Positions 47,257 to 56,255 of a DNA stretch of 64,000 nt are shown one piece after another (position 1 is the first letter of the stretch; the number at the start of each line of letters is the position of its first letter). Source of the DNA: Candidatus Hodarchaeaceae archaeon (GTDB lineage: Archaea > Hadarchaeota > Hadarchaeia > Hadarchaeales > Hadarchaeaceae); NCBI GenBank assembly GCA_030018135.1, contig JASEGJ010000003.1:1-64000 (forward strand). Direction: 5' to 3'. Position numbers and translations under genes: made by a program. The notes beneath the pieces were generated by a model. That model worked only from the letters and a program-made list of their open reading frames with translations. It was not told the DNA's origin and ran no database searches.

Positions 47257-48168
47257 ATGAGGCTAATATTTTTGGGCACCGGTGGGAGCATCCCGACGCC
47301 ATCACGCAGCCTGCCTGCGATCGCAGTCAAGAGAGCGAGGGAACTTTTACTTTTCGATTGTGGGGAGGGCACGCAATCTCAAATGGCCCGCGCTGGAGTG
47401 AGCCCGATGAAGGTGAAGGCCGTTTTCCTGACCCATTTCCACGGCGACCATTTTCTCGGCTTGCCCGGCCTGGTGCAGACGATGGCATTGATGAACCGCG
47501 ACGAGGAACTCGAGATTTATGGTCCGCGAGGCGCCGCCGGGCTCGTCGAGAAGTTGCTCGATCTGGGCTACTACACCCTAACGTTTCAAGTGCGGGCGCG
47601 GGATGTCAAACCGGGCGAGGAGCTGCGGCGTCAGGGCTACCGCGTTCAAACATGCGAGGTTGAGCACACGGTCGAGAGCTTGGCATACGCGATTGTCGAG
47701 GACCTCCGCCCGGGCAAATTTTACCTCGAGAAGGCCCTCGAGTTCGGAGTCAAGCCTGGGCCGGACTTCTCGCGCCTGCAAGCTGGGCAAACCGTTGAGC
47801 TGCCTGGCGGGCGAGTGATAAAACCGGAGCAGGTGATGGGACCGGCTAGGCCTGGGCGAAAGGTGGTTTACGCCGGAGATACGAGGCCCTGCGAGCGCCT
47901 AATAGAGCTTGCTCGCGACGCCGATGTGTTGATTCACGATTGCACGCTGGCTAACGAACTCGCCGACAAGGCGGCGGAGAGCGGCCACTCGACGCCCGCC
48001 GAAGCCGCGGAGGTCGCAAGGAGGGCAGGCGTCAAGCAACTGGTGCTCGTCCACATAAGCCCGCGCTACACCGACGATGCGGAGTTGCTCAGGGAGGCGC
48101 AGCAAATATTTCCAAACGTCATCGTCGCCCGCGATCTGATGGAGTTGAATGTACAGCTGAGAGAATGA
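47257..48168 (+). CDS. rnz: Ribonuclease Z
   Basis: FLGTGG..P, FDCGEGTQ, THFHGDH, GP..S.L..G (exosite), GDTRP, HST, HISPRY. Confidence 0.96.
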   Translation: MRLIFLGTGGSIPTPSRSLPAIAVKRARELLLFDCGEGTQSQMARAGVSPMKVKAVFLTHFHGDHFLGLPGLVQTMALMNRDEELEIYGPRGAAGLVEKLLDLGYYTLTFQVRARDVKPGEELRRQGYRVQTCEVEHTVESLAYAIVEDLRPGKFYLEKALEFGVKPGPDFSRLQAGQTVELPGGRVIKPEQVMGPARPGRKVVYAGDTRPCERLIELARDADVLIHDCTLANELADKAAESGHSTPAEAAEVARRAGVKQLVLVHISPRYTDDAELLREAQQIFPNVIVARDLMELNVQLRE

Positions 48169-48184
48169 GGGGTTAAAAAGTTTG

Positions 48185-48835
48185 TTACAGCCCCTCAAAG
48201 CGGATGCCGACGCCAGCTGTCTTGTAGCGTCGGGTGAGTTCGACGAGCAGCGCCACCATTGGTTCAACAAATCTGCTGTTGCACAGGGGCCCGCCGTCTA
48301 TCGCCCGCACGCTTGGCATTTTTTCCGCCAGCTTCATGACTACCTGTTTGGCCTCTAGGTCGTCGCCGCACACGACGACATCGCAGTCGAGCGGCGTCGA
48401 GATATCCTGTATTCTTTTTGCACCTATGGTCTGAAATCCCGACACCACCCTCACACCCTTCGGTACCAGCCTCGCCAGCTCCTCGGTGGCGGAACCCGCC
48501 CTTGGCTGCTCAACCACGATCACGCCCCGCCGAAGCTCGATGGGGACGACGACGTTGACGAGGATCTTGCCCGGGCTCAAAGCCGGCTTTATATCCTCGA
48601 TGATCCTCTTCATTGCTTTAAACGGCACGCTTAAAACCACGATGTCAGCAGCGCGCGCGGCCTCGAGATTTGTCGCCCCGCGTACCGATTTGCCGGTACG
48701 CTCGCTCACTTGGCTTGCTACGAGTTCGGCCTTCTCACGCTGGCGGGAGCCTATGATAACGTTCTCGCCGGCCAACGCCAGACGCGCCACCAATCCGCGG
48801 CCTTGTGCGCCAGTTCCACCTATGACCGCTATCAC
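48185..48835 (-). CDS. npdG: NADPH-dependent F420 reductase
   Basis: IGGTG.QG.GL..RLA, IGSR, GSA.E, CGDD..AK, DGGPL.N.R.VE. Confidence 0.88.
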   Translation of the reverse strand: MIAVIGGTGAQGRGLVARLALAGENVIIGSRQREKAELVASQVSERTGKSVRGATNLEAARAADIVVLSVPFKAMKRIIEDIKPALSPGKILVNVVVPIELRRGVIVVEQPRAGSATEELARLVPKGVRVVSGFQTIGAKRIQDISTPLDCDVVVCGDDLEAKQVVMKLAEKMPSVRAIDGGPLCNSRFVEPMVALLVELTRRYKTAGVGIRFEGL

Positions 48836-48844
48836 GCCATCGCC

Positions 48845-49261
48845 TCAGTATTTGATCTCCTCGATCGGCTTACCGTTTACGGTGCGTGGGGCGAGGTAGT
48901 CTATCAGATGCTCCGCATCGGGAGCTTCGAGCGTAACCATGATAGGGCCGAGCGGCGACTCCCCGTTTGTGAAGCTTACCCTCCCAACCGCGGCAACTTG
49001 TTTATTCAGCATGAATCGCACGATGTTTTCCCGCATGCCGCCGCGCATGACCCTTCGCGCGGAGTCGAGGATGGCCTGCAACCTCAACAGCTGATGCAGC
49101 CTATCCAGGGCTTCTACCTGCGTTGACTCGCCCATGAGCAGGTTTCCCGCGAGGTTCAGCCGGAGCGTTGGGAAGATGTTTTTTACGGCCGCCTCCACCT
49201 TTTTAGGATCCTCGGTCGGTTTAACTTCGGCCTCGACGCGCAGCCTTAACAAGCTTTTCAC
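48845..49261 (-). CDS. DUF54 (UPF0201) RNA-binding-domain protein
   Basis: V.PTED..KV..A..N.FP, ILDSAR, LNKQ.A..G, SPLGPI, LAP.T..G.P. Confidence 0.88.
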   Translation of the reverse strand: MKSLLRLRVEAEVKPTEDPKKVEAAVKNIFPTLRLNLAGNLLMGESTQVEALDRLHQLLRLQAILDSARRVMRGGMRENIVRFMLNKQVAAVGRVSFTNGESPLGPIMVTLEAPDAEHLIDYLAPRTVNGKPIEEIKY

Positions 49262-49820
49262 CAGCCACGATCTTTTTAAGGATTTTATCCGCCTTTTCGT
49301 GGAGTTCGGCAAGCGTGCCCTCGTTGACGATGATTGAATCGGCCAGCGCGAACGCATCGCCCAGCCCCCAGCTGAGTTCGCGCGCGTCCTTTTGGCGAAA
49401 AGTTTTCATGCCGGCGATGTCATCCGCCCTACCTCGGGCCACGACCCTCGAGTAGCGCGTGGGCTCGCTCGCCCAAATCGCTAGGAGATGAAAACGGTCG
49501 CCGAAGGCGCGGCGGAACTCCTCGACCTCGGCAATGCCCCTGATGCCATCGACTATTACGGCCTGCTTGCCCCTGCCCCTCCGCTCGATCAGTGGCACGC
49601 AGCGATTGGCGATCGTCCCGAGCCCCTCCCGCTGCCTGAGCTCGTTCGCCACAGCTCCGACGTTCGCCTCGTTCAGCTCCAGCCCGCGGCGCTTGACCTC
49701 CGCCCAAACGACATCGCCCATCCGTACGTAGGGCATATCCAGCTTCATGGCCACCCCAGCGACCTCGGTCTTGCCGGATCCCTGCAGGCCGACGATGCCT
49801 ATGACCTTAAAATCGCTCAT
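49221..49820 (-). CDS. UPF0200 P-loop kinase (dephospho-CoA kinase-like)
   Basis: IVGLQGSGKT, MGD.V, DGIRG..EVE, RGR.DD, D.REL.WG. Confidence 0.85.
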   Translation of the reverse strand: MSDFKVIGIVGLQGSGKTEVAGVAMKLDMPYVRMGDVVWAEVKRRGLELNEANVGAVANELRQREGLGTIANRCVPLIERRGRGKQAVIVDGIRGIAEVEEFRRAFGDRFHLLAIWASEPTRYSRVVARGRADDIAGMKTFRQKDARELSWGLGDAFALADSIIVNEGTLAELHEKADKILKKIVAGEKLVKAARRGRS

Positions 49821-50050
49821 AACTCGACCACGATCAGCGTCGTGGTGTTCGTGACGCCGGGTATGCCTCGGATATCACCAAAAACAGCTTTCGTCAACTT
49901 CTCAAGGGAGTCCACTTCTATGCGGGCGACGATCTCATACGGACCAGCGACGCATTCAGCCTTCTTGACGCCTTCGATGGTTTTCACCTTGCGAAAAACA
50001 TCTGCGGTTTTACCCGACTCCGCGGAAATTAGGCTATAGGCATTTACCAT
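49817..50050 (-). CDS. Stand-alone Lrp/AsnC ligand-binding (RAM) domain protein
   Basis: AY.LI..E.G, V.GPY.I.A, IR.I.GV..T.TLI. Confidence 0.85.
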   Translation of the reverse strand: MVNAYSLISAESGKTADVFRKVKTIEGVKKAECVAGPYEIVARIEVDSLEKLTKAVFGDIRGIPGVTNTTTLIVVEL

Positions 50051-50115
50051 ATACCCACCTCTTTTTACCACTATGTTGAACTGCTTTAAAACTTCAGCGT
50101 CAAGGATATCGATGG

Positions 50116-50538
50116 GTGCGCTGGGTGAAGCTCAGGACATCGCGCGAGCACCTCAGGCAAATCGGGGCGGATGCTAAGGCTAGAGCGCCGATCGAGGCAT
50201 GTGGCGTTTTGGTGGGCGTCCGCAGAAAGGGGGGATTCGAGGTTTTGGAAGTCCTTCCCGCCCCCAACGAGTTGAGTTCGCCGACCCGCTTCGAGATAAA
50301 TCCCGAGCGCCTCTACGAGTTCATCAAGGGCGCTGAGGGCAAAGGCTTGGAGGTCATAGGGTTTTATCATTCCCACCTAGGTTATGGCGCAGGGCCGTCA
50401 GCAACAGATCTTGAGCACTTGAAATTTCTTCCGAACTTGGTGTGGTTGATATGTGATGTTTCCACAGCTGGCGCTGAGTTCAGAGCTTTTGTCATGCGAT
50501 CAGGTGCGTTGGTGGAGCTTGAGGTCGTGGTGGCTTGA
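50116..50538 (+). CDS. JAMM/MPN+ (M67) metalloprotease, desampylase-like
   Basis: P.EACGVL.G and YHSH.....PS.TD. Confidence 0.9.
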   Translation: MRWVKLRTSREHLRQIGADAKARAPIEACGVLVGVRRKGGFEVLEVLPAPNELSSPTRFEINPERLYEFIKGAEGKGLEVIGFYHSHLGYGAGPSATDLEHLKFLPNLVWLICDVSTAGAEFRAFVMRSGALVELEVVVA

Positions 50539-51137
50539 CTCTAGTTTATTACAGGGGAAAAGGCTTCGAGGTCAGGCCAAGCGTTTACGAGCCCGCCGAG
50601 GACACATTTCTCCTCGCGGATAACCTCGATGTGTATCCGGGTGAAAAAGTTTTAGAGCTCGGGACTGGTTGTGGCTTGTTGGCAATTCTAGCGGCGGAAG
50701 CCGGGGGCCGCGTGGTTGCGACAGATATAAACCCAATCGCGCTTGAGTGCGCCCGCACAAACGCGGTAGCGCACGAGGTCCTCGACCTCGTAGATTTTCG
50801 ATTTGGCGACCTCTTCGAGCCGGTCGTCGATGAACGCTTTGATTTAGTGATCTTTAATCCGCCATATTTACCCGTTCAGCCTGAGGAAGTGCTTGGTACC
50901 ATGCTCGATCGCGCGTGGGGGGCGGGACCAGAAGGTAGAGAGGTTATCGATCGGTTTTTGAGCAGGTTGCCAAACCATTTGGTAAGCAAAGGCCGGGCGT
51001 TATTTGTGCAGTCGTCTTTGTCAAATGCTGCCAAAACGCTCCGCGCCCTCCAAGCTCGCGGTTTTCAGGTCGATGTCATTGGCAAGAAGTTGCCATTTGA
51101 GGAGCTGTTCTTGTTTAAGGCAAAGCTCATGTTTTAG
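50535..51137 (+). CDS. HemK2/MTQ2-type protein-glutamine methyltransferase
   Basis: VYEPAEDTFLL, LELG.G.G, DINP.A, FNPPYLP, G..G.EVI.RF. Confidence 0.9.
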   Translation: MTLVYYRGKGFEVRPSVYEPAEDTFLLADNLDVYPGEKVLELGTGCGLLAILAAEAGGRVVATDINPIALECARTNAVAHEVLDLVDFRFGDLFEPVVDERFDLVIFNPPYLPVQPEEVLGTMLDRAWGAGPEGREVIDRFLSRLPNHLVSKGRALFVQSSLSNAAKTLRALQARGFQVDVIGKKLPFEELFLFKAKLMF

Positions 51138-51228
51138 GCTGGGGACAAACAAGCAAAATATCATGCGAAACTTGGATTAGGTAAGATTTTTAGCCTCGCA
51201 GTAGCAAGTCGAGCAAGCTGGTGCTAAC

Positions 51229-51336
51229 ATGGGGAAAAGGCCTCGCAAGTGGAAGAAGAAGGGAAGGATGCGTTGGAAGTGGGTCAAGAAGCGCATGCGC
51301 AGGAAAAAGCGCAGACTGAAGCAGAGAAAGGCTTAG
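51229..51336 (+). CDS. rpl41e: Ribosomal protein eL41 (L41e/eS32), long Thermococcales-like form, 35 aa
   Basis: [35 protein letters not shown], containing the MRWKW.KKR.RR core; below the ORF-track length cutoff. Confidence 0.9.
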   Translation: MGKRPRKWKKKGRMRWKWVKKRMRRKKRRLKQRKA

Positions 51337-51396
51337 TTTCTTTAGATTTAAAAGGTCAAAATCGAGCGGTGCCCATTCAAGGCAAAGATTTTTATA

Positions 51397-51417
51397 TTGG
51401 ATGGATAATCCATCCAA
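51397..51417. promoter_or_regulatory. Perfect 10-1-10 palindromic operator abutting a TATA box
   Basis: TTGGATGGAT-A-ATCCATCCAA directly after CAAAGATTTTTATA. Confidence 0.75.
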
Positions 51418-51470
51418 GAGGAGGTTATAGCATATTCGCAAAGTTATTCCGCGGCGGTGTCCCAGAAGAG

Positions 51471-52082
51471 GTGCTATCCAAAAGGATCAAGATATTCGTC
51501 CTTCTTGGGTTCACATTTATAGCGATAAACAAATTCACGTTAAGCCGATTTAGCCCCCTCCCAAATCTTGAGATGATAATTCCGACCATCTGCGTCATGG
51601 GCTGCTTTCCGCTCTATTGCGGCGGGGGCAAGTTCTGGGGTCTTTTGATGAGATATTTTGGGGTAGTGGCATTGGTCAGCGTGTTCTTGGCGGATTTGTG
51701 GGTCTGGGGTTTCCGCTCGATATATGCCTTTACCTGGTCGGGGTTCGTAATTTGCTGGTTTTTCGCCGCGCGCAGGAAGCTCTTCATGTTCGGTAGATTC
51801 AAACACCTGCTCTGGCACTCGATGCTGACAACCGCGGTCGCCATCATAATGTTTGATATCTACACCTGTTTTGGTTGGGCATTTCTGACGGGGGCTAGGA
51901 CCCTTGCAGGGCTAACGGCAGTTTTCCTCGCCCAAATACCCTTCACTCTGTACCATCTCTCCTCCCTGACGTTCGTTCCGCCTTTAGTCGGGTTGGCTAA
52001 GTTGTTGATCAGGGTTAGAGTTCCAGTTCCAGCGGCAGTTCCCATGGCGATGAAAATTCGGACCGCTCAGGGAAGGGGGTGA
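51471..52082 (+). CDS. ECF S-component-like membrane protein (BtuM/DUF6580-like)
   Basis: About 6 TM; PLPNLE near the N-terminus, F.WSGF, TLAGL....A.IPF..YH. Start uncertain; the ORF-track start at 51249 overlaps eL41. Confidence 0.65.
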   Translation: MLSKRIKIFVLLGFTFIAINKFTLSRFSPLPNLEMIIPTICVMGCFPLYCGGGKFWGLLMRYFGVVALVSVFLADLWVWGFRSIYAFTWSGFVICWFFAARRKLFMFGRFKHLLWHSMLTTAVAIIMFDIYTCFGWAFLTGARTLAGLTAVFLAQIPFTLYHLSSLTFVPPLVGLAKLLIRVRVPVPAAVPMAMKIRTAQGRG

Positions 52083-52088
52083 ATTGAA

Positions 52089-52502
52089 TTGGGCATCAAA
52101 GTCTTAGCCTTTGGCATCCTATCGGCGGCGATATTGGCAGGGGCGATGTTCCAAATTGGCAGCATGTATGGCTCTAAGGGAACGGAAACGGTTGGCAGCG
52201 TGTCCATCCGCGTCATCGTGGTGCAACCAGGAGAGAACCAATTGTTAAAAAATGAAAACGTGAGGATCTCGACAGGAACCACGGTTTTCGAGGTGCTGGA
52301 CCGAGTTGCGGATGTGGGTTATAAAAAATACCCAGGGGTGGGCAAATTTGTGATCTCCATCGACAACGTGGAGCAAACCCCCGACAAATGGTGGCTCTAC
52401 CAGGTGAACGGGGTCTACCCAAATATCGCGTCGGATAGGTATGCCGTGATGGACGGGGACAACATCCTCTGGGAGTTCACCTCGGAATGGCCCACCTTCT
52501 GA
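52089..52502 (+). CDS. DUF4430 (transcobalamin C-terminal-like) membrane-anchored protein
   Basis: N-terminal signal/TM; GTTVF.VL, G.FV.SID, WWLY.VNG.....ASD.Y.V.DGD.I.W.F. Confidence 0.85.
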   Translation: MGIKVLAFGILSAAILAGAMFQIGSMYGSKGTETVGSVSIRVIVVQPGENQLLKNENVRISTGTTVFEVLDRVADVGYKKYPGVGKFVISIDNVEQTPDKWWLYQVNGVYPNIASDRYAVMDGDNILWEFTSEWPTF

Positions 52503-52522
52503 CGATTTTCAGACGGGCCCCG

Positions 52523-53083
52523 TTACGAAAGCCTTCTTGCCGCGGCCCTCGCCCCAGCCTCGGCTTTTGCTACATCTCCCCCTGTCCCGATTATGATGAC
52601 GTCTCCTTCGCGAGGCTTAAAAATCTTCTTCAACTCGGAGCTGATTTCCTTGTTGACTTCTAGAAAGCCGTCCGGGAACTGAAGTTTGCCCGCCCTGAAG
52701 ACGAGCACGGTAGCTCCATCGGCACCAGCTTTAATCGCCTCATCGCGTTGCTCCACGCCCCGCCTAACCTTTGCTGCAGCATTTCTGACGATTATCGCGA
52801 CATCGACCTCGCCGACCGTTAAATCTCCAGCATCGATTTGCGCGCATTTGAACGCCTTTCCGAGTTCGCGCCTGCCCTTCTCAGTTATCGAGTGACCGCC
52901 CCTGCCCGAAGTTATTAGCCCACGTTTTTTCAGGCGGTTTAGGATCGTGCGCATACTGCCCTCGCCTATGCCAAGTTTCCCCGCCAATCTCTTGCGCCCC
53001 AGCGCCTTTTGCTCGGCGATGAGTTCTAGCGCCATGCGAACTTGGACCTCGGCGAAGTGCGGCATTGGCCCTGTGGCGGGCAA
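52523..53083 (-). CDS. DUF4443-like winged-helix protein
   Basis: GP.P.F, GRK.LA..LG.GEGS.RT.L..L, G.EQRDEAIK.GA.GAT.L; last gene of the arg operon. Confidence 0.8.
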   Translation of the reverse strand: MPATGPMPHFAEVQVRMALELIAEQKALGRKRLAGKLGIGEGSMRTILNRLKKRGLITSGRGGHSITEKGRRELGKAFKCAQIDAGDLTVGEVDVAIIVRNAAAKVRRGVEQRDEAIKAGADGATVLVFRAGKLQFPDGFLEVNKEISSELKKIFKPREGDVIIIGTGGDVAKAEAGARAAARRLS

Positions 53084-53084
53084 G

Positions 53085-54008
53085 CTACATCACCACGCAG
53101 AGGATTGCTTTCTGGGAATGCAGCCTGTTCTCAGCTTGGTCGAAGACGACCGAGTGAGGCCCGTCTATTACCTCAGCGGTAACCTCTTCTCCGCGATGGG
53201 CGGGTAGGCAATGCATGAAGATTACGTCCTCCTTCGCATGTTTCAGAAGGCCGGCGTTAACTTGGTAGCCCTTGAAGTCCTTCATCCTCCTCTCTCGCTC
53301 CGCCTCGTGGCCCATCGAGACGAACACATCGGTGTAAATTACATCCGCCCCCTTGACCGCTTTTTTTGGGTCGTTGAGGATTTCGAGCTTAACCCCGCTG
53401 CGCTTGGCATTCTTCTGCGCCTGTTCCACTATTTCGGCGTTCGGTTCATATCCCTTCGGGCACGCGACTGAAATGTTCATGCCGACGAGCGTACACGCGA
53501 GCAGCAGCGAGTTGCACACGTTGTTGCCGTCTCCGACCCAAGCTAGCTTCAGGCCCTCCAGCCCGCCCTTCTTTTCCCTGATCGTCTGGAGGTCCGCGAG
53601 CGTCTGGCAGGGGTGGAGCAGCTCGGTGAGGCCATTTATCACCGGCACGCTCGAATTTCGCGCCAGCTCGACAACATCCTCATGCTTGAATAACCTAGCC
53701 ATCACCGCATCGACGTAGCGTGAAAGCGTTCTGGCCGTGTCGGCGATGGTTTCTCCTCGCCCAAGTTGAAGGTCGCCGGTGCCCAAGTAAATCGCGTGCC
53801 CACCCAGCTGGGTCATCGCGGCCTCGAAGCTGACACGTGTCCTCGTTGATGGCTTGGCGAATATCATACCAAGCGTCTTGCCGTGGAGCACCTCATGGGG
53901 TTCGCCCCTGCGCAGCTTCTGCTTGAGTTCGTCCGCCTTGTCGAGCAGAGCAATGATCTCCTCAGGGCTTAAATCCTGAGGCGACAGGAGATGTCTTCCC
54001 TTCAGCAT
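53085..54008 (-). CDS. argF: Ornithine carbamoyltransferase
   Basis: [44 protein letters not shown]. Confidence 0.97.
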   Translation of the reverse strand: MLKGRHLLSPQDLSPEEIIALLDKADELKQKLRRGEPHEVLHGKTLGMIFAKPSTRTRVSFEAAMTQLGGHAIYLGTGDLQLGRGETIADTARTLSRYVDAVMARLFKHEDVVELARNSSVPVINGLTELLHPCQTLADLQTIREKKGGLEGLKLAWVGDGNNVCNSLLLACTLVGMNISVACPKGYEPNAEIVEQAQKNAKRSGVKLEILNDPKKAVKGADVIYTDVFVSMGHEAERERRMKDFKGYQVNAGLLKHAKEDVIFMHCLPAHRGEEVTAEVIDGPHSVVFDQAENRLHSQKAILCVVM

Positions 54009-55192
54009 TTCCCCACCTCCGTCAGGATTTGGTCGAGCTCCTTAATTAGGCGATCTACGTGTTTGCGTTCGACTATGAGGGGCGGCACGAACCTTAGAAC
54101 TTTGTCAGCCGTGCAGTTTATCAATAAACCCCTCTCCCTTGCCTTTGCCACCGCCGCATCTGCGATCTGCTTACTTGAAAGTTCCATCCCGAGCATGAGC
54201 CCAAGCCCTCGAACGTCGAGCACGCAGTCATGTTTGTCCTTTAACTCGAGCAAGCGCTTCTTGAAATATTTGCCGATCCTCGCGACGCGCTTGGGGAGCT
54301 TCAGCCGCAGCATGGTCTTGATCACCGCCTTCGAAGCCTCGCATGCGAGGGGGTTGCCGCCAAAGGTTGAGGCGTGATCGCCCGGGGAGAATGAAGCCAT
54401 AACGTCGCCCTTGGCGCCGAAGCAACCTATCGGGAAGCCCCCTCCGAGAGCCTTTGCCATCGTTACAATATCGGGAGTTACCCCCCAATTCTGGCAGGCG
54501 AACCATCGCCCTGTTCGTCCCATGCCCGTCTGGATCTCGTCGCAGATCAGGAGGATGCCCCGCTCATCACAGAGCTTTCTGAGCCCGGGCAGGAAATCGT
54601 CGGAGGCAACGTTTATCCCCCCTTCCCCTTGGACGGGCTCGACGATCACCGCGGCGGTTTGATCGGTCGTCGCCTTCTCCACGGCCGCAAGGTCGTTGAA
54701 CGGCACGAAATCGAAGACCTTGGGGATCAGCGCCGCATAGGGCTCACGATAGGAGGCGTGCCAAGTTGCCCCTACTGTAGATGCCGTCCTGCCGTGGAAC
54801 GAGCCTTCCATGGCTATGATGCGTTGGCGCTTCGTGTGTTTGACCGCGAGCTTGAAGGAGCCCTCGACGGCCTCAGCGCCGGAATTGCAGAAGAAGAACT
54901 TGTCTATACCCTGAGGAGCGACTTGAGCGAGCAGTCCAGCTAGTTCAGCCTGCGGTTGGATGTAGTAGAGGTTTGAAACGTGCATCAGTTTCTTAGCCTG
55001 CGTAGAAATCGCTTTTATGATTGCCGGATGGCAATGACCCAGAGCACAAACCGCTATTCCACCGACGAAGTCGAGGTATTTCTTTCCCTCGATGTCGCGG
55101 ACGAACATTCCCTTGCCTTCGACGAGGCAAAGGGGCTGGCGTCTGTAGGTCTGGGCGACGTAGCGCCCGTCTAACTCTTGAATGCGATGCAT
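54002..55192 (-). CDS. argD: Acetylornithine aminotransferase
   Basis: [51 protein letters not shown]. Confidence 0.93.
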   Translation of the reverse strand: MHRIQELDGRYVAQTYRRQPLCLVEGKGMFVRDIEGKKYLDFVGGIAVCALGHCHPAIIKAISTQAKKLMHVSNLYYIQPQAELAGLLAQVAPQGIDKFFFCNSGAEAVEGSFKLAVKHTKRQRIIAMEGSFHGRTASTVGATWHASYREPYAALIPKVFDFVPFNDLAAVEKATTDQTAAVIVEPVQGEGGINVASDDFLPGLRKLCDERGILLICDEIQTGMGRTGRWFACQNWGVTPDIVTMAKALGGGFPIGCFGAKGDVMASFSPGDHASTFGGNPLACEASKAVIKTMLRLKLPKRVARIGKYFKKRLLELKDKHDCVLDVRGLGLMLGMELSSKQIADAAVAKARERGLLINCTADKVLRFVPPLIVERKHVDRLIKELDQILTEVGKC

Positions 55193-56089
55193 TCATTGCC
55201 CTCGTTCGATCATCGTACCTATACCGCTCTCAGTCAAGATCTCGAGCAAGAGGACATGAGGCATGGTGCCTTTGAGAATGTGGCACCGCTCGACGCCGCT
55301 CTGTATGGCCTTCAGACAAGCATCGACCTTGGGTATCATACCCTTCTTGATCACCCCATCCTGTATGAGCTTCCGCGCCTCGTCAACTGTCAACACCGAA
55401 ATTAAGGTTTTTTCATCGTTTGGGTCTCGCATAACCCCAACGACATCCGTGAGCAGGATGAGCTTTTTTGCATGCATGGCCCCGGCGAGTTCGGCGGCGG
55501 TGATGTCGGCGTTTATGTTTAAACTGTGACCTTCGGCATCCACACCGATTGGCGTGATCACCGGGATGCAGCCCCCTTTGATCAAGTTATGGATGATGGT
55601 CGGGTCGATCTTTTCCACCTCTCCGACGAGCCCGAGGTCGACTTCAACTTCCTTTCCCTTGCTTGTGGTCATCTTGTGGATGAGCTTGCGCGCGCGGATG
55701 AGGTTCCCATCCATCCCGGAGATCCCGAAGGCTTTTCCCCCGTGGTGGTTGATCCCGAGGACTATCTGCTTGTTGATCTTCCCGGCGAGCTGTTCGTGCA
55801 GGATCTCCATCGTCCTCTCATCGGTGACGCGAAGCCCCTCGATGAACTTAGGCTTGATCCCCAGCTTGCGCATTTCCTCGCTTATCTCCGGGCCGCCTCC
55901 GTGGACCACCACTATCTTCATCCCAAAGAGGTTGAGGAGGACTACATCTTGGAGGAGGGTATCGAGCATCTTTTCGCCCCCTAGCACGCTGCCGCCGATT
56001 TTGATGACGATGATTTTGCCGTGAAAGCGCTGAATGTAGGGTAGTGCCTCGAGCAATACCGACGCGCGATCTTGCATCTTTATCTCCAC
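55193..56089 (-). CDS. argB: Acetylglutamate kinase
   Basis: L.EALPYI..F, KIGG, VHGGGPEI, GLRVTD, NINAD, GMIPKV. Confidence 0.96.
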   Translation of the reverse strand: MEIKMQDRASVLLEALPYIQRFHGKIIVIKIGGSVLGGEKMLDTLLQDVVLLNLFGMKIVVVHGGGPEISEEMRKLGIKPKFIEGLRVTDERTMEILHEQLAGKINKQIVLGINHHGGKAFGISGMDGNLIRARKLIHKMTTSKGKEVEVDLGLVGEVEKIDPTIIHNLIKGGCIPVITPIGVDAEGHSLNINADITAAELAGAMHAKKLILLTDVVGVMRDPNDEKTLISVLTVDEARKLIQDGVIKKGMIPKVDACLKAIQSGVERCHILKGTMPHVLLLEILTESGIGTMIERGQ

Positions 56090-56255
56090 AATTTCACTTC
56101 ATTGTTATGTATCTTCTTAAAAACATTTGTAAACGACGTAAGCGTCAAAGTAAAAATCTTGATCGCTGGATCGATGTTTTTCTAGGCACGCACAGCTGTG
56201 AAGTTAGGGGAAATTGGTTATTTTTTAGATTCTCAAGCAATCTTGGTGAACCTCA

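Noticed and set aside
51249-51470. N-terminal extension of ORF 51249..52082, or a cobalamin riboswitch in this leader
   Set aside because: The region holds the eL41 gene, a TATA box and an operator; no B12-box (GGGAA...GCCACTG) pattern.
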